Assembly: GCA_013265495.1 (NCBI GenBank) | Contig: MU058016.1 | Span: forward strand, 62,001 to 126,000 | Length of the DNA: 64,000 nucleotides | Reading direction: 5' to 3' | From: Vicugna vicugna | Lineage: Eukaryota | Shown: positions 50,590-63,748 of the stretch, piece by piece | How the letters are laid out: every line of letters begins with the position of its first letter | Numbering within the stretch: position 1 is the stretch's first letter | Made by a program: the position numbers and the translations under genes | The notes under the pieces: model-generated | The model's database searches: none | Told to the model about the DNA's origin: nothing | The model's input: the letters and a program-made list of their open reading frames with translations, nothing else

Positions 50590-53510
50590 ATTCAGCATAC
50601 AACATTATGAGCACTTCCAGGGTACAGAGAACTTTCCTAGGTGCTTAGTGGGTACAAAGATGAATCATGCCTGATCTTTGCTCTGGCAGAACATATATTC
50701 TGGAAAGGGAGTGTAAATAATCAGTAAATAATAAAGAATGATTCCTTTAAAAGGAATAAAAGATGCTTTAGGAATAGAGGAGAGAGAAAACTTTCATCTG
50801 GTAGATGGGGGAGGTGAAATGGGTCAGGAAGTTTCTGTGACCAACATAACATTCAAGCTAAGCCTTGAAAAATGGATAGGACTTTGTCTGACAGGGAAGG
50901 GGCACGAACGCCAAAGGGAGGGAAGAGCATAAGTAAAAGCACAATAGTAAAATAAAATAAAATAAGATCGTACACAAGAATCAGCTAATGGTCTAGTTTA
51001 TCCTGGCAAATATCACTCTGGAAAACACTGCAGGGGGTGCTCTATATTATATAGGAGCAGGATATTACCATACTTTATTTGTAAAGTATGTTGGACTTTA
51101 TTCTAGTAAGGGAGAGTCACTTAAAGATTTTTTTAGGCATAGAAGTGAAATGGTTTAGAGCTGTGCTTTAGAGAGATCCCTCTAAGAGGGTATCAGACAA
51201 GGGCAAACTAGAGGCTGGGTGAACAGCTATGGATCCCACTGGCGAGAGGCTAAGTAACAAGGTCCTCGGAGCCTTGGGCTAAGGTTGTGATGAGAAGGAA
51301 GAAATCTTGAAACCTGCGGCAGGTGGTCCATAGGAGAGAAACACAGACTGAGATATTTTGTTCTAGATGCTTTATATATGAGCATCTGTAATCCTCACAA
51401 GAATCCTAGGAGGTAAGTTACATTACCCTCCTTGACTAAAGCTAAGGGAGATTAAACAGATTGCTGACTTGGTGTGTGTGATTTGAAAGTGCATATTCTT
51501 TCTCATGTACCTTGCTACCTTCTTGAGTAAAACTGACAGGACTTGCTAGTGGATTAATGATAGGGAACAAGAAAGAGAAATGAGTAAAAGATGGCTCCCT
51601 GGCTTTGCCCATGAGTTATTGAGAGGATGGTGTTGCCACCAATAGATATAAAATACCCTAGAGCAAGAATTCATTTAGGAGGAGAATGACAGTTCAATTT
51701 TAGACACTTTGAGTCTGAATCAATTGAAAAATTTTGTTCATATTCATTGTATCTAATTTTTATCACCCCACTATGTCTTGTTCACTCACTCAGCTCAGGC
51801 TTTCATCCCTGCTGTTGTACCAAAACTGTGCACATGAAGGTCACCAATGGCTGCCTCAACGTTAAATTCAATAATCAATTCTCCACTCGCATCTTAAATT
51901 ATCAGCAACATTTGATGCAGCTGTACTCTCTCTCCTCTCTGATAATTCTTTTTTCACTTGCTCTCTAAGAATTTACTCTCTCTTGCTTTTTCTCCTACTT
52001 CACAGATAAACTTCTCAGTCTCCATCACTGGTCCTTCCTCTTCTCCCCAAACGTGTATTGGTGCAGTGCCCCAGGGCTCAACTCAGTCCTTGATCCTTTT
52101 GTCTTCCCCATCCACTCTCACCCTCTCGGTGATCTCATCCAGAGTCATAGCTTTAAATATCAATTTGCCACTAATGGTCACATTTACTTTTCCAACCCAG
52201 TATCACTCCTGAATCCCAGATAACTCCTGTAATCCAGCATCTCCACCTAAACATCATCAAATAGATGCCTCAAATATAACACGTCCAAAACTGATCTGAC
52301 CTTCTCCCATCAAATCTGTTTTACCTTCCGCCTTCCCAGTCTCAACTGATGGCATGTCCGCTCTTCTAGTTGTTCAGGCTAAGCATATCTAATACATCAG
52401 GAAATTCTAAGGACTCCATCTTTAAAATATATCCACAACCTGCCCACCTTATCCCCTCTAGTCCTATCATTCTGGTCCAGGCTTTGCCCAGATTACCACA
52501 GTAGCTTCACAATTGGCCTTACCACCCAATAGCCTATTCTCAGTACAATAGCCAGAATCATCCTTTAAACACGTAAAACATACCATGTCATTCTCTGCCT
52601 AAAACTCTCCAATAGTTTCCCATTTCACAAAGGATAAAAGCCAAAGTCCTTTCAAGGGCTGACAAGACCCTGCACCATCTCACTTCTCATTTCCCCTCTG
52701 ACCTCCTCTCCTACCACTTTTCTTGAATATACCAGGCACACATGTGCCTTAAGGTCTTTGCAATGGCTATTCCTCTGCCCAAAATGCATTTCCCCTAGAA
52801 ATTTGCAGAGCTAACTCCCTCACATCCTTGAACACATTCACAAATGTTTCTTCTCAGCAAGGCCAACACTGACCACCCTAGAGAAGAGCAGCCAGTACTC
52901 CCATCACTATCCTTGCTAATCTCTCTTGTTTTTATAATGCTTCTCAGGTAGAGTCTGATTTTTATATTTTCTATGTTTCTTGCCTATCTCCTGCCACTAA
53001 AAATTAAGACCCATGAGGGCCAGTAACTTTGTTTTATTCATTGATGTATCCCAAGCACCTAGGACATAGCCTGACACGTAGTAGGTACTCAGTACATATC
53101 CAGTGAATAAATGAGATGTTTAGCAAGCAGAAATTTAATTCAAGAAATATTTAGTACATTCAAAATTCTGAGTAGATCTGAAGCTTAGGGGGAAAGTTAT
53201 TTAATTTGATTTAAAGAGATTTGTTTGAGAGTCATCAGAATAATTCTAATAGCTGAGGTTGTGGAAATGTATATATTACTGGGGGAAATTCATGAGAGCA
53301 AAAGGAAGGCAACTACAGACACATCTTGGGTGTAGTAGGAAAAACAGAAGCCAGCAAAGGACAGATGGACTGGGCACACCACTTCAAAGACAGAAGTTTT
53401 CAGGAAGAGAGTGATCAACAGTGTCAGGTGCTACAAAGAGAAGAGGAGGATAAAAACTGAAAAATGGTAACCAGATTCGGTGACTGTATTTCAAAAGTTA
53501 CTATGACCTT
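50590..53510 (-). mobile_element. L2 (minus strand) split by a MIR and by an opposite-strand L2
   Basis: Left part ends gacagttcaattttagacactttgagtctga (~51720); continues after ~53115 with gatttgtttgagagtcatcag...agagtgatcaacagtgtcaggtgct. Confidence 0.6.
51750..53113 (+). mobile_element. L2a-like ~1.35 kb 3' fragment
   Basis: aaggtcaccaatg...cagcaacatttga...gtgccccagggctca...acgtccaaaactga...tttgttttattcattgatgtatcccaagcacctagg...gtaggtactcagtacatat...tgaataaatga 3' terminus. Confidence 0.85.
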
Positions 53511-53743
53511 AAAAGAACACTTATTAAAGCAATTATTTCATAAAAATGTTTCATGATGCTCAGTTATAAAAACAGTTCGGCACAATCAAGACAAGATTTT
53601 ATTTGCTAAACTAGTGAGAGAGCCAAACATATGTAAGAAACATTTGATGTCATAAGCAATATTTATTAAATATTAAACAATCAAAAATCTTAAAATATTT
53701 ATGTCATTGAAACTTCTTCCTAATGAAAGGTAGACAGGAAGTA

Positions 53744-53817
53744 GCACTTGAACTTGAAAATCCTTAGTCTGAGTCCAGATGCACTTGAACTTGAAAATCC
53801 TTAGTCTGAGTCCAGAT
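53744..53817. repeat. Perfect 37-bp tandem duplication within a MIR 5' region
   Basis: gcacttgaacttgaaaatccttagtctgagtccagat at 53744-53780 and 53781-53817. Confidence 0.95.
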
Positions 53818-54248
53818 TCTGCCATGGTCTGTATTATGAGTTTGGGTGTTTCACTTTCACTCTCTAGTCTCAATTTTCTCTTCTGCCAAAGAGATTTAAT
53901 ATTTGCCTTATCCACCTCACAGGATTATTAGGGAGAATAAATGAGATAGAATAAGGGAAAGATTAAACTACAAATCTCTTTGTTCCAGGGCCAATATTAT
54001 CTGCGAGCAGCATACTGTGTTAGGAAAAACTAGTTCCTTGGCTCAGCTATGGCTTGTCCAGGACATTGGATATTATAGATACCCATTGTCTCATTGATAA
54101 AATAAAAATGTCTATACCTACCTTGTCTGTCTCATTTGATTCTTCTAGGGAATCTAATGAGATAGTACATACCAATGCTTTGCAAACTTTAAAGTACTTC
54201 ACATTTGTAAAAAAAAAATCGAGATTCTCTGTGTTTAAGACTCTAGGA

Positions 54249-54415
54249 GCAGTAGTTTTCGAGCTTCTATGTATGTAAGAATCACGTGCGGAGCTTGGTA
54301 AAAATGCAGATTCCAGAAACCTATCCTCAGAAATTCCAGTCAGTGATCCTGAGAGTGGCCAGGACTCTACATTTGGAACAAGCCCCAATGTGATTCTGTT
54401 ACACACAGTCTACAA
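54249..54415. mobile_element. MER5-type hAT MITE
   Basis: cagtagttttc...agaatcacgtgcggagcttggtaaaaatgcagattcc...aacaagccccaatgtgattctg. Confidence 0.75.
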
Positions 54416-55197
54416 GTCACAAGGCAGAGCATGGGAGGCCTGGGAGTGTGGAGGAGGTAGAAGAAAAACAGAGAGCAAGGGAGGTGGAAAGAAGGTGGGG
54501 CCCCATCATCATCCCTGCTGATGGAGGTCTGGAGGTGTGGGAAGGGGTTGGCTTATTCTGAATCCCTGAGTCTCACTCTTGACCCCTTCTGGGGAGGAAT
54601 GGTCTTTCCTCCAAACACCCAGAATGCTCTACAAGCTCTCTTTCTAACTGTAAGAGTTTAGTCAGAAAGCAGACACCTTATACCAATGATCACTTTATAA
54701 GTTCAAAATCAGAGTAGATACTTGAACATTGATGAACAAATTAATATAATGAGATATGGAACAGTTTTTTACCAAAATGTTAGCCTCTCCAAGTCCTTGA
54801 TGCCAGAATTACTAGGTATGGAAACAGATGATCCGTATGGAAACAGGAACATAATTCTTCCTGCTGGGCTCAAGGGTAACTTTTCTCCCAGGTCCCTCTC
54901 TGGCTGCATCTCAGCCTTTTGCTTCATAGGATGACCAACACCTCAGATCAAAAAGAACTAACTATCCTTGTCCTTCATTGACTGATTTCACACAGTTGAG
55001 ACTTGACCTGTTTTTCTTCAAAAATCTCCTTTCTGCCAGTAAGCTCTGTCATGTTTTTAAGTGCAGGACAGTACTTTTTCCATAATTAGCTGGAACCATG
55101 TTATAGTTCAACATAGCAACACAAAGACAATGTTGACGGTTGCTGAAATGAAAACAATGAATGAAACAAATCCATGTGGATTTAAAAATTAAGTCTA

Positions 55198-55314
55198 GGA
55201 GGTGGGTATAACTCAGTGGTAGAGCACATACTTAGCACACATGAGGTCCTAGGTTCAATCCCCAATACCTCCATTAAAAGAAAGTAAAAATAAATAAATA
55301 TTTTTAAATCAAGA
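55198..55314 (+). mobile_element. Camelid tRNA-Ala-derived SINE (vic-1 type) with 13-bp TSD
   Basis: gggtataactcagtggtagagcacatacttagcacacatgaggtcctaggttcaatccccaatacctcc (Pol III A and B boxes); TSD taaaaattaagtc at 55183-55195 and 55315-55327. Confidence 0.9.
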
Positions 55315-56111
55315 TAAAAATTAAGTCCATACTCCTTTGTACTGAAGTATTTCTCAATGGTAAAAATTTTCAAATAATGTTCACCACCTTTGAAATCTTT
55401 CCTGTGTTTATTTACCATAAACCATCAAGAAATTTAAAATATATTTTAGGAAAGATAAATAAGCCTTTCTGTCCCGAGTATATACATCCCCCAAACTTTC
55501 ACTCTAAGACTTTCAAGTTCCCCAGTTCAATTTTATAAGTGCGTGGAAGTTTCCCCTTGAGAAATAGGCCCACAAAAATGAAATTGTACTTTTATCCTTC
55601 AGGGTTTTGTTCTTCAATACTATTATACAGTTCATGTCCAGGTGTTATAATTTGAAACAGGGCCTTTTTATCTAAAGGAGCATACACAAGCATTTTCTTT
55701 TTCCCTGCTAAAGATTTATTGTGGAGGGTTTACATTTTAGGACACCTTGAAAAAATGTTCAAGTTCCTAATTCAAGATTAAATATGACAGATATTTTTAA
55801 TAGTGATGATCATCCTTTTCACCAAATCTGTGTAACACAACTGTGCTTTACCATGGGATGAAGATGGTTAGACAAACAACAATACATCAACCAGTGAAAT
55901 ATATTTTCATTAAAATTTACAAGTATGTAAAATATACTAATAGTTTAAATGGAAATATGTCTACAAAATAGTGTTCATTTTTAAAGTAACTGCAAAATAT
56001 AATGCAGATACTGTTTTAAATTATTAGAGTTTATTTACTTAAACTCTGCCTTCATCAGAAAAAAATGTGGTGACTTTGAAGACTATATTACACATAAAAG
56101 ATAATACAGAT

Positions 56112-56424
56112 TAACTTCCAGTTATAAGATAAGTAAGTACTAGGGATGTAATGTACAACACAATGACTATAGGTAACACTGCTGTATGACATAGGGGGAA
56201 ATTGGTAAGAGAGTAAATCCTAAGAGCTCTCATCACAAGAAAAATTATTTTCCCTTTTTTTGCTTTTTCTTTCTATTGTATCTATAGGAAATAATGGATG
56301 CTAATTAAGCTTATTGTGGTAATTATATCACAATATATGTAAGTCAAAACATTATGCTGCACATGTTAAACCTATACAGTGATATATGTCCATTATATAT
56401 ATACCTCTATAAAACTGGGAAAAG
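56112..56424 (+). mobile_element. L1MA9/10-like 3' end
   Basis: acttccagttataagataagtaagtactagggatgtaatgtacaac...ctctcatcacaag...tataaaactgggaaaa. Confidence 0.8.
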
Positions 56425-56721
56425 TATGTTAGAAGAAATTTTAAAGATAAAGAAAAAAAGTACAACTATGTAAAACACATATAAGTAAGCTGATGAAGTT
56501 CATGAGTTAATTTAGTGAAGTATAAAGTTTTATATTAGATGAGTTGTTTTTTCTGTGAAGTGTATAATAAATACTTTGAGCTATAGTTCATAGAAATTCC
56601 CAAAATAGCTTAAAGAAGGAAGTTGTCTCTCTGAAAGAGAAGATGTGTTCTGAGCTCATGAGACTAGTGTTTCTGGAGTATATTTTTTGAAGATCAGAAG
56701 ACTAAGAGTAACAGAATATTG

Positions 56722-57175
56722 CAACCATAAAAAAAGAATGAAATAATGCCATTTGCAGCAACATAGATGGACCTAGAGGTTATTATACTAAGTGAAGTAA
56801 GTCAGGTAGAGAAAGACAAATATCACATGATATCACTTATATGTGGAATCTAAAAAGTGATACAAATTAACTTATTTACAAAACAGAAACAGACTCACAG
56901 ACATAGAAAACAAATTTATGGTTACCAAAAGGGAAAGGGAGGGATAAATTAGGAGTTTGGGATGAACAGATACACACTACTATATTATAAAATAGATAAA
57001 AACAAGTTTCTATTGTATACCACAGGGAACTATATTCAATATCATGTAATAAACTATAATGGAAAAGAATCTGAAAAAGAATATATACGTATATATTTGC
57101 ATATAACTGGATCACTTTGTTGTACACCTGAAACTAATGCAACATTGTAAATCAACTATATGTCAATTAAAAATG
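56722..57175 (+). mobile_element. Artiodactyl-type L1 3' end
   Basis: aaaagaatgaaataatgccatttgcagcaacatagatggacctagag...cacagggaactatattcaatatc...tgtacacctgaaactaa. Confidence 0.88.
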
Positions 57176-58504
57176 AGAAAAGAAAATCATAGGAAAGAAA
57201 AATAAAACAAAGTAAGAGGACCAAGAGCACTGGGATAAGTGTAATTCTTTGGATGTGGTGTCTTCTTTTTGAGTGTAAATTTCATTAATCTAAATTAACA
57301 AACATGACAACCTAGTATATATAAGACACTGTTCCTATCTCCCTTCTAAAAAAAAATGCCCTTAATAATGATTAGTGTTTGCTTCACACTTTGGGGATAA
57401 TGATTCCCCCTTTGCTGAAACAAGATTTTCCTGATTCCAACAAAGCACAGCACATTTAGAGGTAAATTACAATTCCTGAGCAAATTGCACTGAGGGCTGA
57501 ATTTATCTGAATAATCTAAGACAACTAACAGGAAATAAATGTTTCTAGCTCTTAAGAACTAGGCTTCTCAATATCTCAGCAAAGTATTTTAATCCAATGA
57601 AAGGGTTCCAGAGAAGTGAGACTAAAATACGTATCACCACAATCTTAGCATTTATTCTATACTAATTGCATTTTAGTCAAATTAAGTATGAGAAGAAAAT
57701 GACTCAAAGTTTCTAATGTATTTCACTGTCAAAGTCCCCTTAGGTTTGTTTCTTGCCTTTGATAAATTAGCATTATTTTCCTTTGAAGAAGCCAATTTGG
57801 TTTCTGGGAGGCCTGAGTAGAGACTGAAGGCTGGTGAGAAAGTTCTGCATCTTCCAAATAAGTCCTTCTGATGCCAGGGAAGCAACAAAGAAAGGAGAGC
57901 AGCAGTGGGTAGGGGTCAAAACAAGGACTTCAGAGAAAGAAAGAGAATGGGCAGGTATGGCCCAGTTGGGCCAGAGGTCAACTGGCCTCATGTAAGATGG
58001 TCCATTCTGCCTGATGACATAATCCTCTACCAGTGTCCCTTGTAGTTCATTTTTGGATCATACAAACACCACAGGCAAATTAATCCACTGATACCAAACT
58101 CAGGCATCTCCTTTAACACCAGCATGTTGACCACTTATATCTGCTTGAGTTCCCCGGAATTTTTCAGGGAAAAAACAGATTATCCTGGTCTTTTTTTTTT
58201 CTTTTTTTCCTTGTCTTTTGGATGTTTTGGTTTTTCCTCCAACATCAGGATCAATGTCAATCCTTTCCATGAAATTTAAAATATATGGTCTTCACTATAC
58301 TTAATATGAAAAATGCTTGCAAGTGGTTCATAGTTTAATTGCTAGCCTCTGTCTTAAAAGGAAGGTCTAATTACTGTTATTATTCTAAACTTTATAATTA
58401 AAAAAATTTCTGTTAGACTTTAAGCTCCAGGAAGGCCAGGACTATGTCTATTTTGTTCATCATGGTATAGGCATCACTTAGCAGAATGTTGACAGAATAA
58501 TGGC

Positions 58505-58745
58505 TCAATATTCAGATTCTTGAGTCAAGCTACCTGGTTCAAATACTATATTAACCACTCGGAGCTGTGCAATCTTTACACAAGTTAGGGAAGCTCTCTG
58601 GGGATCAGTTTCCTCATTAACAAAATTGGGATAATAATGATATTAGTGTCTATCTCAAAGAACTGTTGAAAAGACTGAATGAGACAATCCATGCAAAGCA
58701 TTTATCATAATGCCTGTGACAAATATATAATAAACATTCAATAAA
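58505..58745 (+). mobile_element. MIR SINE (next to an L2 3' end at ~58405-58510)
   Basis: gagtcaagctacctggttcaaat...tcagtttcctcattaacaaaattgggataataat...gcaaagcattta. Confidence 0.7.
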
Positions 58746-59240
58746 TATAATAAAAACTCATATTCTGGCTATTAATACAGATTTTAAAGGGTTTGAATCA
58801 GGCTATTTGGTCTTTGTTGCAAATAAACTAGGTTGATATTGCAAATATACCTCGAAGCATACTAATAGATTTATTACATTTCCAAGATAGCATCATATTG
58901 GGTTTTAGTATATATAGTACAATCCTCTTTTCATTTATCTTCATTAAAGTGAAGATATGCAACACTGACATGAGCTACTCCTTTCTAGTTACTCTTTGGC
59001 CTTTTTTTATGGTTTCATAATACATGATAGGAAGATAAAGTTTACACTCATAACATCAATTCATGAGTTCTTTAAGTAATTTTTTATTTCTTTGATACTA
59101 TTTTAAGTATTTCATCTTTGAAACTGTCTTTCTCCTCCTGAATAAAAGTGAATTCACATCTCAGGATATTTTTTAAGCCATAAATATTATATCTTAGGAG
59201 TTTATTTTCTTTTCCTTTTTTTTAATATGTAAGTTCACTT

Positions 59241-59351
59241 TTTAAAAAAATAATTTTTTTTCATATTTTCTTGATTCAATTTTGTTTGGGGGGTAATTAG
59301 GTTTATTTGCTTATTATTATTATTTTTTAATGGAGGTACTGGGGATTGAAC
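59241..59351 (-). mobile_element. 5'-truncated vic-1-type SINE (longer-tail variant)
   Basis: Reverse complement reads gttcaatccccagtacctccattaaaaaataataat...aaacctaattacccccc. Confidence 0.75.
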
Positions 59352-60545
59352 TGCTCACTTCAAGGTCTAAACCAGAATTTAAGTAACCATGAAATATTCC
59401 CGTCCCCCAACCTAGAATATCCAAAAAGGAACAAGAAGTGAGGAAATTGTGTCATGAAACCTGGGTCCTCACTTTTACTCTTGAAACAACCATCTGTATG
59501 GTCAGGCAAGTTAGTTAACTTCTCTGTGCCTCAGTTTTCACATTTGCAAAATGAGACCTGGACTTGATCCTCTCTGAGTGCCACCCCTCTAGCTATAAAA
59601 AATCCACAGCACTAAAATAAAATATTTTTAACGGCAAATTCATTGAAACAACTTTATTTACAGACTCTGTCAAGTCAGTCTCTGGCCTTGACATTAGGGA
59701 GAATTTGTCTGATCAGGTGGTGGGGAGGAAGTAGGAGATTGGAGACCTAAGAGAAAAGAGGAACTCAGTGATTACATTTACTTGCAAGAAAGTATATTTA
59801 TATTGGGATCTGGAATGAGTTGAGATGGGCAAGATGCACTGAATATTGGTCCTCCTCTGCACTGACAACAGACTTGAGTGCTGAGACCCTGCCCGAGGTC
59901 AATTCCCATTGCTGGCAACATGACACATGAAAGTTAGGAGATTAGGGGCAAAACTTCAATCTAGGAGACCCCAATCTTGTGCCTCCTGTTACTGCATCAC
60001 TTTCTGAGCCCTACAACTATTCTGCTAACTGAGTGACACCTACAAGGTATTTCAGTAACTTAATACCATCTCTCCCATTCAAATGCAAACAATCGAAGGT
60101 GAGACTATATTCGAGTTTTTCCGCAATGCACATGAATTTATAGACCCTTTCCTCAGAAAACATTTTGACGAGGAAAGAAAAGAGAGTACTGCATCATCAG
60201 GGATTAAAAAGTGGATAAGCAAGAGGGTGGAAGGCAAAAGCAAACTGGCCCTAAACACAGATTTGCAGTTTGCAACAAATCTGTATGGGTGCCAGTGTGG
60301 TCCTAGACACTATTCTGCAAAGGATAAGAACAGCCTAAAAGCTGGCTTGGAGAATGCCGAGAATCCACCTCTAACCAAAGAAAATGGGTAATAAGTCTGG
60401 GCAAGGAAAGTACTGAGAAGCTAAAAATTTTATTATCTATCACTATCATGGGGTGAGGGGTAGAAATTTACCAAATAACTCATCTAAATTCCAATACATC
60501 TCTTGATTTTAACTATTTTGACTATCATCCTTCTAAGCCCATTAG

Positions 60546-60675
60546 TAGGGTGACCATATGATTTATCAACCCAATGGGGACACTTTCAAGAATGAAAGAG
60601 AAGGCTGTTGTTCACAGTGCTAGGATATAAGTAAATAACAAGTGTCCCAGGAAAACCAGATATATAGTCACCCCA
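60546..60675. mobile_element. MER94/MER81-type hAT-Blackjack MITE
   Basis: Termini tagggtgacc / agtcacccca; internal gggacactttcaagaatgaaag. Confidence 0.75.
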
Positions 60676-60829
60676 GTAACCTACCTTCCTATGTTTTCGG
60701 ATGGGGTATTCTGTGATAAGTAACTTTTCTACCATAATCCAAGTCACGAACACTCATTTCACTCTGCTGAAATGCAGTGGTGCCCTCTGGAATTAGAGTG
60801 TTTTGTTTCACTGCACCAATGGATCTTAC

Positions 60830-60998
60830 ACAATAGTGGACATCAGAATCACCAGGGGGCTTGTTTGATTGCTGAGCCCCACCCTCAGAGTTCCTGATTT
60901 AGTAAGTCTAAGGTTGGGCCTGAGTATCTGTATTTCTAAATTTCCAAGTGATCCTGATGCTGCTGGTCCAGGGACCACACTTCGAGAAGCACACACTG
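60830..60998. mobile_element. MER5A
   Basis: catcagaatcaccagggggcttg...ccccaccctcagagttcctgatttagtaagtct...gctgctggtccagggaccacacttcgagaa. Confidence 0.85.
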
Positions 60999-63679
60999 TA
61001 CTTAGTGATCTCAGATGCCTGTGCCTTTCTTCGTTCTCATGCCTGCACTTTGCAGTCCTGCAGCATTTGGTCTCAGCTGTCCCTCCCCCTACTATTTGGT
61101 CAGATATCAGTATACCCGTCTCCAACAAGCTTAGTCTTCTAATTCCTTTCATTCCTTCTAAGGCGCTTCTTCTAACTTCATGTTGATGAGGAAAATAAAT
61201 ATGCAAGTTTATTAGAACCCTCTTTAAAATAAGTGCATAAATTAGGCTTATTCATTCATTTCTTCATTCGATCAACATGTATTTGAGTATTCTTCTGGGC
61301 TATCACTCAGAGTAAAAACCTGAGTTGCATCTATTTTGGCCACTCACATATCTTGCTTGCTTTATTTTCTCAGCTGAGGTTCAAAGAAGTATTTTTTTCC
61401 ACATAAATGTGGAATAAGTCAGGGCTAACTGTAATAGTCATTGGGAGGACACATTATTCAGAAGATAGCTATCACATTTTTAAATGGGTTAGATGATACT
61501 TCTATAGAGACACTGCTACGTAACACTGCTTGACGGAGAGAGTGACATTCATTTTTGAGAAAGATTTTTGGATAAAATCTTTACAAAGATACGACAGTAA
61601 TTCATAATGTCCAACTCAAATTTGTTATCAGCCCTACTCTTATGAAATTATTGGCATCCACACAATACGGTCATCAAGTCATCCCTATCCTCCTGGTCCA
61701 TCCACTGCCTACTGCAGTGTCGGTTCATATTTAACTGAGACACAGGGATTCTGCTAGAAATAGATGGAACAAACTCAGCTTTGCAGTAGTCCTTTCTCAT
61801 AGACAGCAAATCCACTTTTAGCTAAGAAATCTACTTTTAGCTAATCTGAGAACTTTGTGGCTGTTAAGCTATAATTACTTTTTAGTTTTTCATTGCCCTC
61901 CAGTAGAAATTCCTTGACACCGAGAAGTTGTTCTAATGAAAACTGATGTGGGACTGAAGTGTAAAAGAGCAAGAACTCTCACACGTTGTGAAGGAAAGGA
62001 GAGCCCCAAGTGCTGGGTCCACGCCAGCCTGGGATGGCAGGATAGAGTAGGAGAGTACCGTTGAATCGCCTGCCTTTCATCCTGTGCTAACACTGGCGCA
62101 GTGCACGGCAGTGAGCAAATGGGAAGGAGCTGGGCTGTAGGGTCAGGCAGAGCTGGCCTCAAGATTCTTCTCTGTCACCCACTGGGGTGATTAAAAACAA
62201 AAAATAAGATTCTCACTTCCTGGAATTACCCTTTCTTTTATCATCTAAATAAAATAACTCACACTCTGAGAGAGGTCCAGCGCCTTCCCAATATTTCTGA
62301 GGATTTTGGGAGGAGGGATGCTTACCTTCCCATTCTTTCTTGCTCTAAATTCTTACTCCAAGTTCAAGTCTCCTATCTTCTCTCTTGTAACTGCTCCTTT
62401 TTCTTCCTCACTTCACCCACTCACGTGGGCCCCTCAAAAAAAGCACTTTCAACACAAGACTCTTAAGCGTAACAAGGTTTTACTAAGTTTTGACTGCGAC
62501 CAAGAATAATCCAACACAAAGCAAAAAACAGCTTTGGATTCAATGTAGAGTTCACTGTCCTTAAAAATAAGTTGACCATTTCCAATCAGATGGTCTTTCT
62601 TCCTCAGGATCTGACTTGCTACTGGGGGGCTGGCTGTACTCAGTCTCCAAGCACTCTCTCCACTGTCTTTAATCATCTGTCTCCCAGAAATCTTGTCCTC
62701 CTCTCAAGTCACTAGTATACAATCTAGACATTTCTGTTACTTGACTATGCAGAGCCATTCAGTTTCTCAAACTCCATCTTAGACTGGTTGTTGGGTCCTT
62801 TACCTAACCAAAACCAAGCTCTCTACCCCTGAAATGAATGACGTTGCTATCTTAGAATGTTAACACAATAACCATAGTCATCCTTTTGAATAGCATTTTT
62901 TTCCTTTCATGACAGCAGCCACTTGAATGTGTACAAGCCAGTTAATTCATCTGAGCCTCAGTTTACTCACCTACATCATTTAGTTGTTATAAAAATGGAA
63001 TACAAAAGCCCAAAATACATTTGCCAAATGGTAACTGCTGATCTTATTAAGCATCAGGAATTTCCATTGGAAAGGGTAACTTAATAACAATGCCACTTGA
63101 GTACTATTAGTCAACACCCACAGCCAGTAGCTGACATGCCAGTCTGAAGCTGGAGTACCACACTCTTGCACTAGGGAAGGCATTTCCTGATCCCCTGGAC
63201 CCCATGTTGTCTAGAAAATACTTGCTTAGGAATATTAGGCAAATCATCTCATACAACAGCTAAAAATATCACCACTCCCTTCCAACAGCAAAGGATGGTG
63301 TTCTATCTTGCTTATGTTGTTTATGTCTTACTCTCAGAGAGGAGAACAGAGCTGGACAGAGGCCCAGCAATGTGCTACATGCTCTTGCAAACCACTGCCT
63401 GCCACCATGTATCTGCTCTAAGAATAGACTGCTGTCACAGCTTTATAAGGATTTTAATTTCCCAATGAAACGAAAGTTAGTCTATCATTAATCTGCAAAT
63501 CATTTCAACCGACAGATGAGTTAATACCAGTTAATGTCAATGAAACGGTTAATGTCAATGAAAAGGCCAAACTTAAGGTGAATACTGGGGGTGGATTGGA
63601 ATCAGGTCCCATCAGCCTACTCCTTGTTCCCAGGTTATCCTCAATCAAAGTAATTCAAGGCTTTTCTCTCTTGGCAAAG

Positions 63680-63748
63680 ACCTCTCTTCCCCTCCCTCTC
63701 TCCCTCTGTCTCTCTCTCTCTTCCTCTCTCTTTCCCTCTCCCTCTCTA
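63680..63748. repeat. CT-rich polypyrimidine simple repeat
   Basis: cctctcttcccctccctctctccctctgtctctctctctc... Confidence 0.8.

Noticed and set aside
60083..60391. 102-aa ATG ORF with protein-like composition (MQTIEGETIFEFFRNAHEFIDPFLRKHF...)
   Set aside because: No homology I recognise, weak Kozak context (caaATGc), no promoter, poly-A tail or TSD. One such ORF is expected by chance in 64 kb. A tBLASTn/PhyloCSF hit would reopen it.
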